A DNA stretch of 64,000 nucleotides. Origin: Rubripirellula sp. (GTDB lineage: Bacteria > Planctomycetota > Planctomycetia > Pirellulales > Pirellulaceae). Location: NCBI GenBank assembly GCA_965216875.1, contig OZ244207.1, positions 2,816,001 to 2,880,000 on the forward strand, in the 5' to 3' direction. The position numbers and the translations under genes were made by a program. The notes under the pieces were generated by a model. The model ran no database searches. It had not been told where the DNA came from and saw nothing but the letters and a program-made list of their open reading frames with translations. Shown piece by piece: positions 8,265-17,740 of this stretch (positions are counted from its first letter, which is position 1; every line of letters starts with the position of its first letter).

Positions 8265-10475
8265 ATGAATTCACCTCAACCGCCCTCGGCAACCGCCAAC
8301 GCACCTCTTTCGGTTCGCTGCCGGCCCGACTTGATCGCGGTCGAAACGCTCCACAAACATGAATCGGCCGTGGTGATCAAGGATCCCGTCGCGCTCAAAT
8401 ACCACCGACTCCGGCGCGACGAGTACTTCGTGCTCCAACTGCTCGACGGAAACCGATCGCTCCAGAATATCTGCGATCTCTACCACGACGAGTTTCGACC
8501 TCAGAAGGTGACCGCATCGGAAATCAATCAACTTGTTTTTCGGTTCCATCAACTCGGGCTCACCGTTGCCGATGTCGCGTTGCAGGGCGACCGCCTGCGA
8601 GAACGTCAGCAAAAGGACCGCCTACAACGATGGAAGCAACATCTTTCGGGAGTCCTTTTCATTCGCTTTCCCGGGATCGATCCCGAACCGATCCTCCGGC
8701 GTCTCTATCCGCTAGCGCGGCCGTTGCTTCGACCACTTGGGATCGCAACGCTGCTTTTGATCTGCTTGTCAGCGCTGTTGGTTATGGCGGGGCGATGGGA
8801 ACAGTTCGTCGGCGAAGTGCCTCGGATGAATCAGTGGTTACGCCTCGAGGCTCTCTTGATTCTCGCCGCCGTGATTGGCACGACGAAGGTTTTTCACGAG
8901 TTTGGCCACGCAATCGTCTGCAAACACTTTGGGGGTGAGTGCCATCAGATCGGGCCGATGTTGCTCGTCTTCACTCCCGCACTCTACTGCGACACGTCCG
9001 ACTCGTGGATGTTGCCCAATCGTTTTCAAAGAGCCGCCGTCGGTATGGCCGGCATCGCCACCGAGGTTCTCTTGGCTGCAATCGCCACGCTCGTTTGGGC
9101 CTCCACCGCTCAGGGTTTGACCCACTACCTCGCCATGAACGTGATGCTGGTGTGCAGTGTTTCGACAGTCTTGTTCAACGCAAACCCACTGTTGCGTTAC
9201 GACGGCTACTATGTCCTTGCTGACCTTTGCGACGTTCCCAACTTGGCCGAAAAGTCGCGCAGCGCATTGAATTCGTTCATTGGCCGACACCTCTTTGGGG
9301 TCCGTGATCAACATGACCAACAACAAGACGCCAACCAACGAACCTGGTTGCTTGTCTATGCCGTCGCGGCTGCGGTCTACCGCTGGGCCATCACATTCTT
9401 GATTCTTTGGTTCGTCGCGATCGCGCTGAGGCCTTATCGTCTTGAATCGATCGGTCGAGTCCTTTGCCTGTTCGCGTTTGGCGGACTGCTCTATGGCCTC
9501 TTCCGCACGCCAGCTCGTTTCCTAACCAATCCTGCAAAGCGTCGAAAAGTGAAAGCGAAACGCACCTCTCTGTCGACCGTCGCCCTTGGCGTCATCGTCG
9601 TCTTGGTCTCGATCCCCTTTCGCTCAAGCGTCAACGTGGACGGGCGACTTGTGCCCCGGGTCGATTCCCCGATCTACATCACAACTCCAGGACAACTGTC
9701 GCATCTGCACTGCCAACCTGGCGATCAAGTCAACGAGGGCGACGCCGTCGCGACGCTTGTCAACGAAGACCTGCAGCTACAACTCGTGATCGCTCAGGGA
9801 CGCTACGACGCTCAACGAGCCGTCGTCGAATCGATGCGGCAACACCAATTTGAATCTCCCCAGGCCTCGGCCGAGATACCTGCGGCCAAGGCACTACTCG
9901 ATGACTTGAAGCACCAGCTCGAAACCAAGCAAAGCCGCGTCGAAGCACTCACCCTTCGAAGCCCGGCCTCAGGAACGCTGCTCGCGGCTCCCAAACTGCC
10001 CAAAGCGGAATCGAACCAATATCGGCTCGTCTCTTGGCACGGTTACCCGACCGATGCCGCGAACAGGGACTGCTATCTCGAATCGGGCACGGAATTGATG
10101 AGCGTTGCCGAAGTTGACCGCTGGAACGCCGAGCTGGTCCTAAGCCAATCACAAGTCCAGCGGATCAGCGTCGGCTCTTCCGTTAAACTCATTTGCGCAG
10201 CAACACCAACACGTAACTTGGTTGGCCAAGTCACCGAAATCTCGAAATCGGAATGGACCGCCCAGCAGAATGCGCATCGGCGCGATGACCCTTCGGCAGC
10301 AAACCAACTCGGACCGGCCGAAACGTCTTACCTTGTCCGCGTTGAACTCGATGATGCCAAGGACGGGGCGCCGCCCGTTCCAGGATCAACCGTTTCCGCT
10401 CGGATAGCCGCACAACCGATTTCCGTGGTTGGCCGCGCCGTCAGAACACTCAACAGCCTGTTTCGTTTTCGTTGA
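8265..10475 (+). CDS. Site-2 (M50) zinc metalloprotease fused to a HlyD-like adaptor domain, with an N-terminal PqqD/RRE-like segment
   Basis: HEFGH and NANPLLRYDG M50 motifs, several TM helices, C-terminal lipoyl/coiled-coil region (TTPGQLSHLHCQPGDQVNEGD; LRSPASG). ATG 8265 is preceded by GAGGTG. Confidence 0.87.
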   Translation: MNSPQPPSATANAPLSVRCRPDLIAVETLHKHESAVVIKDPVALKYHRLRRDEYFVLQLLDGNRSLQNICDLYHDEFRPQKVTASEINQLVFRFHQLGLTVADVALQGDRLRERQQKDRLQRWKQHLSGVLFIRFPGIDPEPILRRLYPLARPLLRPLGIATLLLICLSALLVMAGRWEQFVGEVPRMNQWLRLEALLILAAVIGTTKVFHEFGHAIVCKHFGGECHQIGPMLLVFTPALYCDTSDSWMLPNRFQRAAVGMAGIATEVLLAAIATLVWASTAQGLTHYLAMNVMLVCSVSTVLFNANPLLRYDGYYVLADLCDVPNLAEKSRSALNSFIGRHLFGVRDQHDQQQDANQRTWLLVYAVAAAVYRWAITFLILWFVAIALRPYRLESIGRVLCLFAFGGLLYGLFRTPARFLTNPAKRRKVKAKRTSLSTVALGVIVVLVSIPFRSSVNVDGRLVPRVDSPIYITTPGQLSHLHCQPGDQVNEGDAVATLVNEDLQLQLVIAQGRYDAQRAVVESMRQHQFESPQASAEIPAAKALLDDLKHQLETKQSRVEALTLRSPASGTLLAAPKLPKAESNQYRLVSWHGYPTDAANRDCYLESGTELMSVAEVDRWNAELVLSQSQVQRISVGSSVKLICAATPTRNLVGQVTEISKSEWTAQQNAHRRDDPSAANQLGPAETSYLVRVELDDAKDGAPPVPGSTVSARIAAQPISVVGRAVRTLNSLFRFR

Positions 10476-10769
10476 TCGTCGCCTTTCGCTCCGCGAAAGG
10501 AGCGTCCACGAATGCAACTTTTGCGGAGAGGCTGTGTTCTTTAGTGAGCTGAACGCGCTAGCGTCGGGCCGTGCATGATGAGTTACGGGTGGTGCAGGTT
10601 TCCACTAGAACGAACTCCGGCGCATGTTCGGGACTCGCATAAGCGGCCACGCCTTGAACGCTCCTGCACCTAGGGGCAAGGGCCCGAGCCTCACGGCCGG
10701 CGGCTCACGGGCCCTTACCGCTCAGCGCCCTTACCTCTCGGAGGCCCGACGCTAGCGCGTACGGCTCAC
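10476..10769. repeat. Intergenic MITE/REP-like element with 27-bp terminal inverted repeats, plus an upstream palindromic relic
   Basis: GTGAGCTGAACGCGCTAGCGTCGGGCC (10544-10570) matches the inverted GGCCCGACGCTAGCGCGTACGGCTCAC (10743-10769) at 25/27 positions. A CCTTTCGC-TCC-GCGAAAGG hairpin lies near 10482-10500. Confidence 0.75.
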
Positions 10770-10779
10770 GGCCGGAACT

Positions 10780-12882
10780 TCAATCCTCTGCAAATCGTTT
10801 CAGTTTGCGATCGAGCGTGCTCCGTTCGATCCCGAGAATCGATGACGCGCGGCTCTTGTTGCCGCCGGTATGCCGCAACACCCGTTCGATGTGTTGTCGT
10901 TCGAGTTGAGCAAGTGTCATTTCAACCGGCGCCGAGGTCGATTCGACCGCATCGACACCACCTTCGACCGCTGGACTGAGCGCCAAATCGGATTCATCAA
11001 TCTCATTCTTCGTGTTCAGGACCACGGCTCGCTCGATCACATTCTTCAGCTCACGAATGTTGCCGGGCCATGAATATTCGACCAGTCGTTTCTTCGCACC
11101 ATCAGTGAACGCCGTGATCTTGCGTCCCATTTCGCTGTTGAATCGCTCGAGGAAGAACTCGGCGAGTTCCAGGCAATCTTGCCCGCGACTACGTAGCGGA
11201 GGAACGACGATCTCGACAACATGCAATCGGTAGTAAAGGTCTTGGCGAAATTTGCCTTCGCGCACCATCGCTTGAAGGTCTCGATTGGTCGCCGCTACCA
11301 CGCGAACGTCGACGCGAATGGGCTGATGGCCTCCAACGCGTTCAAAGGGATGCCCTTCAAGGACGCGCAAAAACTTGGCTTGGATCTCGGCATCCATCTC
11401 GCCAATCTCGTCAAGCATCAACGTGCCGCCGTCGGCAGCTTCAAACTTGCCCTGCTTGCGTTCGGTCGCACCGGTGAAGGCACCTTTTTCATGACCAAAA
11501 AGCTCACTCTCTAGCAGCGACGGCGAAAGTGCCGCACAGTTCATGCAGACCAGCGGCCCCTCCTTGCGTGCACTGGAATAGTGGATTGCGCCGGCAACAA
11601 GCTCCTTCCCCACTCCCGATTCGCCACGCACGAGCACGGTTGCGTTGGTCGGAGCGGCGAGTTGTATTTTCGAAACGACGTCGCTGATCGCGGTGGAGCT
11701 TCCAACGATGCGAACCTTGTCGCCAAGCTGCTGCTGTAGTTGTTGGACTTGCTGGCGACTTCGGCGCAACGACTTGGTAAGCCGCTTGCGATCGTGAAGA
11801 CTCGAAAGCGACTCCGCAAAAATCTCTGCAGCCCCCACGACGTACTCCAGCTCATCACCGCCGAGCGGAACATGACCGCTTGTCGTTGTCAGGTGAATCA
11901 TTCCGCGAAACGTGCCATCGCGATCTTTTGCCGGGGCAACGATCACACTCTCGACATCGATTTCGCCGCGACTGTTTTCGGTTGCGAGCTGTTGATCGCC
12001 CAGCACGTTGCGCGCGAGGACTGCGCCACCGTCGGGCGCGATCATCGATTGCAACAATCCCTCAGGCGGGCGCCGATAACTCCGCGATGAACTTTGGCGA
12101 GTGGCAATCAGGGGGACGTCATTGATCGTCTTTGGCGGCTTGGTCGCATCCCACGCGTACAAGCCGGCCGTATCGAATTTCAGCTGCTCGGCCATTTGGT
12201 CCAACACCGCTTCCGCTGCAACCGACGTTCGATCGCAGCGGGCAATGGCAAACGCAAGCTGAAGCAACGAACGGCTGGCACCACGGACAAGCGTCGATGA
12301 GCGGTCGCTGCCGGTTCGATGCGGCTCGTGCAGGTAGCGACTTTGCCGACGACGATCCGTAATCGAGCCAGCGTCCATCTCAAGCGTCAGCTGGTCGTCG
12401 GTTGCTTGCGATGAATGGCTCGGCATCCCCTCACCGAGTCCACCATCGATTCGACGAGTGAAGGTGACTCCATAGCCCGCCACCTCGATGACGTCCCCAT
12501 CGGAGAGCGTGGCTGGCCCGTCGAGCTTCGAACCGTTGACGAATGTGCCATTGCGGCTGCCGAGATCCTCGATCTCCCAATGGTTGGTCGACCAATAAAT
12601 CCGCGCGTGTCGGCGACTCGCCTGATCCGTTCGAATGGCAATCTGGTTGCTCGAGGCCCGACCGATCACCGCTTCAGCGGGGGGTGCGAGTCGAAAAACG
12701 TCGCTCCAACGACCGGCACTGCGAACGACAAGGTAGGCACTCGGCGCGGCAGCGAGGGGTGCGTCCGGCTTGGAATCTGATTCAGTTTCGCTCGAATTCA
12801 ACGCAAAAAAGACTCTAGGAGGCAGTTGGGCCGTCAGAAGAGACGAGTAAGGAGGCCTCCATTCTATACGACGGTCGATCAC
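10780..12882 (-). CDS. Sigma-54 enhancer-binding protein with FHA and GAF-like domains (FHA-GAF-AAA+-HTH)
   Basis: FHA motifs IGR...ASRRHA...[12 protein letters not shown]; Walker [29 protein letters not shown]; Fis-type HTH. The true start may be about 80 nt downstream. Confidence 0.95.
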   Translation of the reverse strand: MIDRRIEWRPPYSSLLTAQLPPRVFFALNSSETESDSKPDAPLAAAPSAYLVVRSAGRWSDVFRLAPPAEAVIGRASSNQIAIRTDQASRRHARIYWSTNHWEIEDLGSRNGTFVNGSKLDGPATLSDGDVIEVAGYGVTFTRRIDGGLGEGMPSHSSQATDDQLTLEMDAGSITDRRRQSRYLHEPHRTGSDRSSTLVRGASRSLLQLAFAIARCDRTSVAAEAVLDQMAEQLKFDTAGLYAWDATKPPKTINDVPLIATRQSSSRSYRRPPEGLLQSMIAPDGGAVLARNVLGDQQLATENSRGEIDVESVIVAPAKDRDGTFRGMIHLTTTSGHVPLGGDELEYVVGAAEIFAESLSSLHDRKRLTKSLRRSRQQVQQLQQQLGDKVRIVGSSTAISDVVSKIQLAAPTNATVLVRGESGVGKELVAGAIHYSSARKEGPLVCMNCAALSPSLLESELFGHEKGAFTGATERKQGKFEAADGGTLMLDEIGEMDAEIQAKFLRVLEGHPFERVGGHQPIRVDVRVVAATNRDLQAMVREGKFRQDLYYRLHVVEIVVPPLRSRGQDCLELAEFFLERFNSEMGRKITAFTDGAKKRLVEYSWPGNIRELKNVIERAVVLNTKNEIDESDLALSPAVEGGVDAVESTSAPVEMTLAQLERQHIERVLRHTGGNKSRASSILGIERSTLDRKLKRFAED

Positions 12883-12961
12883 CGTCTGAAGGACATGGCA
12901 AGCCGCTTTGTGAGCCGTGGAAGCGCAAGCAGCCAGCCCACGAATCGAACCGGAGCGTTTT

Positions 12962-13127
12962 TCACTCTCCCCTGGGAGAGTCGGGCTCTAAGCCCGGAGA
13001 GGGCCTGTTTTGCAACGATGATTCCCTTCCCGGACCTTTATTCCCTTCCCGGACCTCGCGTCCGACCCTCTCCGCAAGCGGGAGGGTGATTGTTGGAACG
13101 CCCTTTTCCGCCTGAAGGCGGTACTAC
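12962..13127. repeat. Cluster of palindromic repeat relics (MITE-like element plus a GTAG REP)
   Basis: TCACTCTCCCCTGGGAGAGTCGG (12962-12984) is in inverted relation to CCGACCCTCTCCGCAAGCGGGAGGGTGA (13062-13089). ATTCCCTTCCCGGACCT is directly duplicated between them. The reverse complement GTAGTACCGCCTTCAGGCGGAA lies at 13106-13127. Confidence 0.7.
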
Positions 13128-13409
13128 GAACGCGGGAATACGCGGAGCCGAAAGGCGTCTGTGACGGTTTTGAGGGCCATTCCCATCCTGTCAGCGGTCC
13201 CGCCGAAGCCTGGCGGCGAGAGATGCGTTGAACGTAGGCGATCTTCTGTTGCGAGGCCGAAAACCCCAAACTATCCTATGGTTTCGGTACCTTTGGCTCG
13301 AAGCTGCCTCCGGTCTCAGTCAAAACCAGCTACCTCGTCACACTCTTTATCACCTTCCACCACGATGACGCCTCCCATCGTGTCGTGGGTATCTTCGGAG
13401 ATCCTTTCG

Positions 13410-14768
13410 ATGGAATTGGGCTCAAAGCTGTCCCGTATTACGGCCGGTCTTTTCGTGGTTGTGGTTTGCGTCGCCACATCTGTCCACGCTGGAATTGGCG
13501 GTCTTGGCCGACGTGGTGTCGGTGGTGTCATGATCGATGGCAAGGGAGTCGTTCGCGCGGCCACGGTTGCTGAAAAGCAAGAGTTGGCCAACTTGGTTCG
13601 CGAAATGACCGCTCCCGCTGAAGGCGACTTGGCCGAAGCAACTGAGATGCGAATGATCTCGCTCAAGGGTTTGCAATCGGCTGTGATCGAAGCGAAACAA
13701 ACCGGTTCGCTTCCTGATGAAGTTGAATACTTGGCTGGCTTGCAGCGCATTGAGTACGTCTTTGTTGACAAAGAAAACCAAGACATCGTCATCGCTGGTC
13801 CCGCTGAACCTTGGGTGATGACTCCCGATGGAGCCGTCGTCGGCAAGATCACCGGTGGCTCCACCATGCGTTTGGCCGACTTGCTCGTCGCCTTCCGTAG
13901 TGTCGAAACGGCTCGCAACGGTGGCATCAGCTGCTCGATCGAACCAACCGAAGAAGGCCGCACTCGCCTTCGCAAACTACTCTCTGGTGTCACCCTTCGT
14001 CCCGGCCAAAACCCCAAGGGCTTGGAAAATGCGATGAAGCAAGCCTTCGGGCCACAAATGATTCATCTCAATGGTATCCCTGGTGACAGCCGCTACGCTC
14101 GAACTTTGGTCGCCGCCGACTTTGAAATGAAGCGCGTTGCGATGGAATTGATTCCTTCGCCCGTCGCTGGCTTGCCAAGCTACTTGAGTCTTTCGAAGAA
14201 CTCTCGTCATGCTGGCGGCCAAAACCCACGTTGGTGGATGGCATGTGACTACGATTCGCTCGCCAAGAGTGAAGACGGTTTGACTTGGAAGCTTTCGGGC
14301 CAAGGAGTCAAAACCATGACCGAGCAAGACATCATTCAAGCCGACGGTTCCGTTCAACGCGGTGGCAAGGTCGACAAAGTCGCTCAGCAATGGGCCGACA
14401 AGATGACCGACACCTTCCAAGAGTTGTCGCGTGAAATGCCTGTGTTTGCTGACCTGCAGAACATCATGGACATGACCGTCGTCGCAACGCTGATCTCGCA
14501 AGAGCATCTCGCTCAGAAGGCTGGCTTCGACATGGGTGTCTTGGCAACGGACAACGACACCGTCCAATTGGCTTCCTATCCGGTACCACAATCGGTCGCC
14601 CCACAGTGCAGCTTCGTTCGCGGACGTGCTGGTTGGGTCGTGACCGCATCGGGTGGAGTCGACATCAACGCATTCGGCGTTGTCGAAGACCAAACCACCG
14701 ACGCTTCGGTCGCCCAAAGCCGCACCGCGCTGGCTTCGGCGGGCGATCGCTGGTGGTGGAACAAGTAG
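13410..14768 (+). CDS. DUF1598-like secreted planctomycete protein
   Basis: Signal peptide; motifs VGGVMIDGKGVV, YLAGLQRIEYVFV, DIVIAGPAE, LVAADFEMKR, SGGVDI; C-terminal WWWN. ATG 13410 chosen as start. Confidence 0.75.
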   Translation: MELGSKLSRITAGLFVVVVCVATSVHAGIGGLGRRGVGGVMIDGKGVVRAATVAEKQELANLVREMTAPAEGDLAEATEMRMISLKGLQSAVIEAKQTGSLPDEVEYLAGLQRIEYVFVDKENQDIVIAGPAEPWVMTPDGAVVGKITGGSTMRLADLLVAFRSVETARNGGISCSIEPTEEGRTRLRKLLSGVTLRPGQNPKGLENAMKQAFGPQMIHLNGIPGDSRYARTLVAADFEMKRVAMELIPSPVAGLPSYLSLSKNSRHAGGQNPRWWMACDYDSLAKSEDGLTWKLSGQGVKTMTEQDIIQADGSVQRGGKVDKVAQQWADKMTDTFQELSREMPVFADLQNIMDMTVVATLISQEHLAQKAGFDMGVLATDNDTVQLASYPVPQSVAPQCSFVRGRAGWVVTASGGVDINAFGVVEDQTTDASVAQSRTALASAGDRWWWNK

Positions 14769-14789
14769 TCTGCCTAGCAGAAAAGAAAC

Positions 14790-14815
14790 GCGGAGACGCC
14801 AAAACGCGTCTCCGC
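14790..14815. terminator. Perfect 10-bp GC-rich stem-loop, possible terminator
   Basis: GCGGAGACGC-CAAAAC-GCGTCTCCGC lies 21 nt after the stop at 14768. The A-rich flank is on the 5' side, so a U-tail exists only on the minus strand. Confidence 0.45.
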
Positions 14816-14845
14816 CTGAAAACCAAGAACAAGGATGTGTGTGAC

Positions 14846-15271
14846 GTGAATCTTCCCTGGGGACCGGGAACGTTCGAAAACGACGTTGCACACGACTGGA
14901 TCGAAGACCTCGGCGACTCGGACGCCGAGGCTTTTTTGTGCGCCTGCATCGACCTTTCCGACCAAGGCGCCCCCAACTACGTCGCCTGCGTCGGCGTCCT
15001 CTGCGCCGCCGAAACCCTGCTCGGCCTCATCACCCTTCCCGAGTGTCCACGCACGCTTCCAGCGTCACTGATGGACTGGCTCCGTTCCAACGCAAAGCTC
15101 AACGCCCAACCGCTGGTCGCTCCGGCCATCATCTCGCTCTACCAAGTGACCGCCGAAACCTCCGCGCTACGTCAACTTTGGGAAGACGACCACGATCGAT
15201 TTCAGATCTGGCGAGACTCCATCTACGAACTCATCGACAGTCTCAACGCCCACCAAACCACGACCGTCTAA
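14846..15271 (+). CDS. DUF4259-like protein
   Basis: N-terminal WGPGTFENDVAHDWIEDL and C-terminal SALRQLWED...W match the family pattern. GTG 14846 chosen as start. Confidence 0.75.
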   Translation: MNLPWGPGTFENDVAHDWIEDLGDSDAEAFLCACIDLSDQGAPNYVACVGVLCAAETLLGLITLPECPRTLPASLMDWLRSNAKLNAQPLVAPAIISLYQVTAETSALRQLWEDDHDRFQIWRDSIYELIDSLNAHQTTTV

Positions 15272-15286
15272 ACTCCACCTGATCCC

Positions 15287-15387
15287 ATTCGTGCAATTCG
15301 TCCCATTCGTGGTCACCTCTTCCCGATTGCACGCCGCGCACCTCTTCATCCGTGCGATCCGAGCTATCCGTGGTTCCCTCTTCCCGA
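15287..15387. repeat. Two direct copies (61-bp period) of a 9-bp-periodic triplet motif
   Basis: ATTCGTGCA-ATTCGTCCC-ATTCGTGGT-CACCTCTTCCCGA and ATCCGTGCG-ATCCGAGCT-ATCCGTGGT-TCCCTCTTCCCGA, between convergent genes. Confidence 0.75.
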
Positions 15388-15388
15388 C

Positions 15389-16234
15389 TCAATGCGTCAG
15401 AGCATAAGTGATCACGTTGATCGAAAACGCATACGACTTGATCGAGAACCGATCGAAGAAGTCCTTTGATTCGCCTTCGCGTTCCCAGCCGTCCGCGATA
15501 TCGGTGTTGTGTGTCGCGAGTGCCATCAGTCGACCGTTTTTGTCAAACAGTCCCAAGCAATGAACCTGCTGCATCGCGGCAAGACCACCGGCTGGATAGC
15601 GATGAACGCTTGGCGGATCAAACGTGAGGCCCGACTGAGCGTAGAAGATGCGTGCAGGAATCTGCGGACACTCGTCCAAGTCGTAAACCGTTGAAAAGAT
15701 CGGATGCGACTTGGGAATCTCGAGCCACTTCCAATCACACGGCAAGTTGTTGGTGGTACGGATTAGATTCTGAAGCTCGGCATCGCCCCAGAAGTCATCG
15801 ATCCAAAGGAATCCACCCGCTTGCAAATACTTGACCAATGACTCGCCCTCACGCTTTGACAAACGTTGCCAACCAACGTCACTCATGAAGATAAAGGGAT
15901 AGTCAAAAAGCCTTGGGTCGGTCAGCCGCAAAACGATCGGCTTCGAGTTCACGCGCAGCGAAGTGAGTTCCTGCAACCGCTCAATGAAGTTCTCTTCAGC
16001 CTGCGGATAATCCGTTTCCCAACGCTGCCAATCACGCCCTTCGTACGTGTACCACGACTCCCCGAACCCACCCGTACTGTCATACTGAATCCGCACAAAC
16101 GTAAACGCATCGGAATCGCCCAGCGACAGCTGACCGGATGTAGCCAAGTCATCGCCCCTAGCGACAACGGCTATTCCCAGGATCAATAGCCACGCGACAG
16201 ACCACGCGAAACGAAGCACAAATCGATTCATCAC
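15389..16234 (-). CDS. DUF4159-like exported protein
   Basis: Signal peptide; motifs FTFVRIQY, WETDYPQAEEN, YPFIFM, YLQAGGFLWIDDFWG and NTDIADGWERE. Confidence 0.8.
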   Translation of the reverse strand: MMNRFVLRFAWSVAWLLILGIAVVARGDDLATSGQLSLGDSDAFTFVRIQYDSTGGFGESWYTYEGRDWQRWETDYPQAEENFIERLQELTSLRVNSKPIVLRLTDPRLFDYPFIFMSDVGWQRLSKREGESLVKYLQAGGFLWIDDFWGDAELQNLIRTTNNLPCDWKWLEIPKSHPIFSTVYDLDECPQIPARIFYAQSGLTFDPPSVHRYPAGGLAAMQQVHCLGLFDKNGRLMALATHNTDIADGWEREGESKDFFDRFSIKSYAFSINVITYALTH

Positions 16235-16253
16235 AATGTCGATTGCAATTCAA

Positions 16254-17738
16254 CTACAACCCAAACGCGTAGAGTCGATGATGCGTGCGAACAAATAGCT
16301 TGCCGTCGGCAAACGCGGGCGTCGCGTAGACGTTGTCTTGCATCTTGTTTACGGCCAAGACCTTTGGGCGCCGATCCAAACTCAAGACTGAGATCGTTCC
16401 GTCACCTGCAGTGCAGTAGAGCTTGTCGCCAACGATGATGGGCGACGCATAATGTGTCCCTGTTCCCTTTGTGCGAACGCGCGACACACGACCACCCTGC
16501 TCCAAATCAACGGTCGTCAGGATGCCTCCGTTCTTGACCGCGTAAACCAAGTTGCCATGTGCAACGGGGGAAGGCACTTCGGGTATCCCTTGCTCTTCGA
16601 GTGTTTCAATCGATTCAGGGTCAATCACACCCTCGCTCGCCAAGTCAATCGCCAGCATCCCATGAGTTTGGTAGCCCTTTCGAAATCGCTCGATCTCTTC
16701 AAGTTTTTGCTCCCATTCGCCACGGTCAATCTCGCCATTCTTGTCGCGATCAACCCAGCGAAACGTCACGGGCGCACCATTTTGCGGAGCCTCGGCACCA
16801 TCGGGACGATGAAAAATCATCATCTTGGGGAGCTCGCCGCGACCGATCGTGCCATCACCGTTTCGGTCATTGTCAGCAGCGAGTTGGTCAAACGTCGGAA
16901 ACTCTGGTCGCAGCGCTGGTTCTCCCATCTTGTTCCACGCGTTGACAATGACTTTTCGGCCGACGATCACGGGCGTGCTCGTCGCCGTCGTTGCACACTT
17001 AAGCACCCACAATTGCTTTCCGCTGGCTAGGTCAAATGCCTGAACCGAGCGAGCAGAGTGGACGACAAGCTTCTCGCCATCAACGATCGGGCAAGCCGTG
17101 CAAGCCAGCTCACTGTGGAAGGGCTCATCCTGATCCACGCGCCAAACCTCATCGCCAGTTTCTTTGTCGACCGCCAGCAAGAAATGGTCAACGTGATTAC
17201 CGCGGTAAAGAATCACTTTGTCGCCAACGATCGCTGGCGATGTCGCATTACCCGCGTACGACTTCGTCAGCGGCATACGGATTTCCCACAACAGCTCTCC
17301 CTCGAAGTCGAAACAAACCAGACCATAGGACCCAAAGTAGGCGACGACACGTTGCCCGTCGGTCGCTGGACTACTGCTTGCAGGATTGAACGAGGGGTGT
17401 CCCGTTTCAAGCTTGGGGGCGGACAACGCTTTATGCCAACGCGTCGCCCCATCCTCGGTAGACAAACAAACCACGCCAAGCTCGCTTCGGTCTTTGTCGA
17501 ACGTGGTCAAAAAAAGGGACGAGCCAGCAATGCAGGGCGACGAGTGCCCGGGGCCGACGTCGACACTCCAGAGTTCGCCATTGCCAGGTCCAAATTCGAT
17601 TGGCGCCAAGCCACCTTCGACAACCCCGGACGAGTTCTTTCCTCGGAACTGTGGCCATTGCGGTGAGCTGTCATCTGCACCGACACTCAGCAGCGACGCT
17701 AGGAAAATCAGCGACGCAAAAACATGACGGTTCACCAT
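16254..17738 (-). CDS. PQQ-like beta-propeller protein (BamB-like repeats) with an inserted EF-hand-like pair
   Basis: Signal peptide, WPQFRG, GHSSP and repeated SSP/ATP...W motifs; EF-hand-like loops DRNGDGTIGRGE and DRDKNGEIDRGE. Confidence 0.85.
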   Translation of the reverse strand: MVNRHVFASLIFLASLLSVGADDSSPQWPQFRGKNSSGVVEGGLAPIEFGPGNGELWSVDVGPGHSSPCIAGSSLFLTTFDKDRSELGVVCLSTEDGATRWHKALSAPKLETGHPSFNPASSSPATDGQRVVAYFGSYGLVCFDFEGELLWEIRMPLTKSYAGNATSPAIVGDKVILYRGNHVDHFLLAVDKETGDEVWRVDQDEPFHSELACTACPIVDGEKLVVHSARSVQAFDLASGKQLWVLKCATTATSTPVIVGRKVIVNAWNKMGEPALRPEFPTFDQLAADNDRNGDGTIGRGELPKMMIFHRPDGAEAPQNGAPVTFRWVDRDKNGEIDRGEWEQKLEEIERFRKGYQTHGMLAIDLASEGVIDPESIETLEEQGIPEVPSPVAHGNLVYAVKNGGILTTVDLEQGGRVSRVRTKGTGTHYASPIIVGDKLYCTAGDGTISVLSLDRRPKVLAVNKMQDNVYATPAFADGKLFVRTHHRLYAFGL

Positions 17739-17740
17739 AT

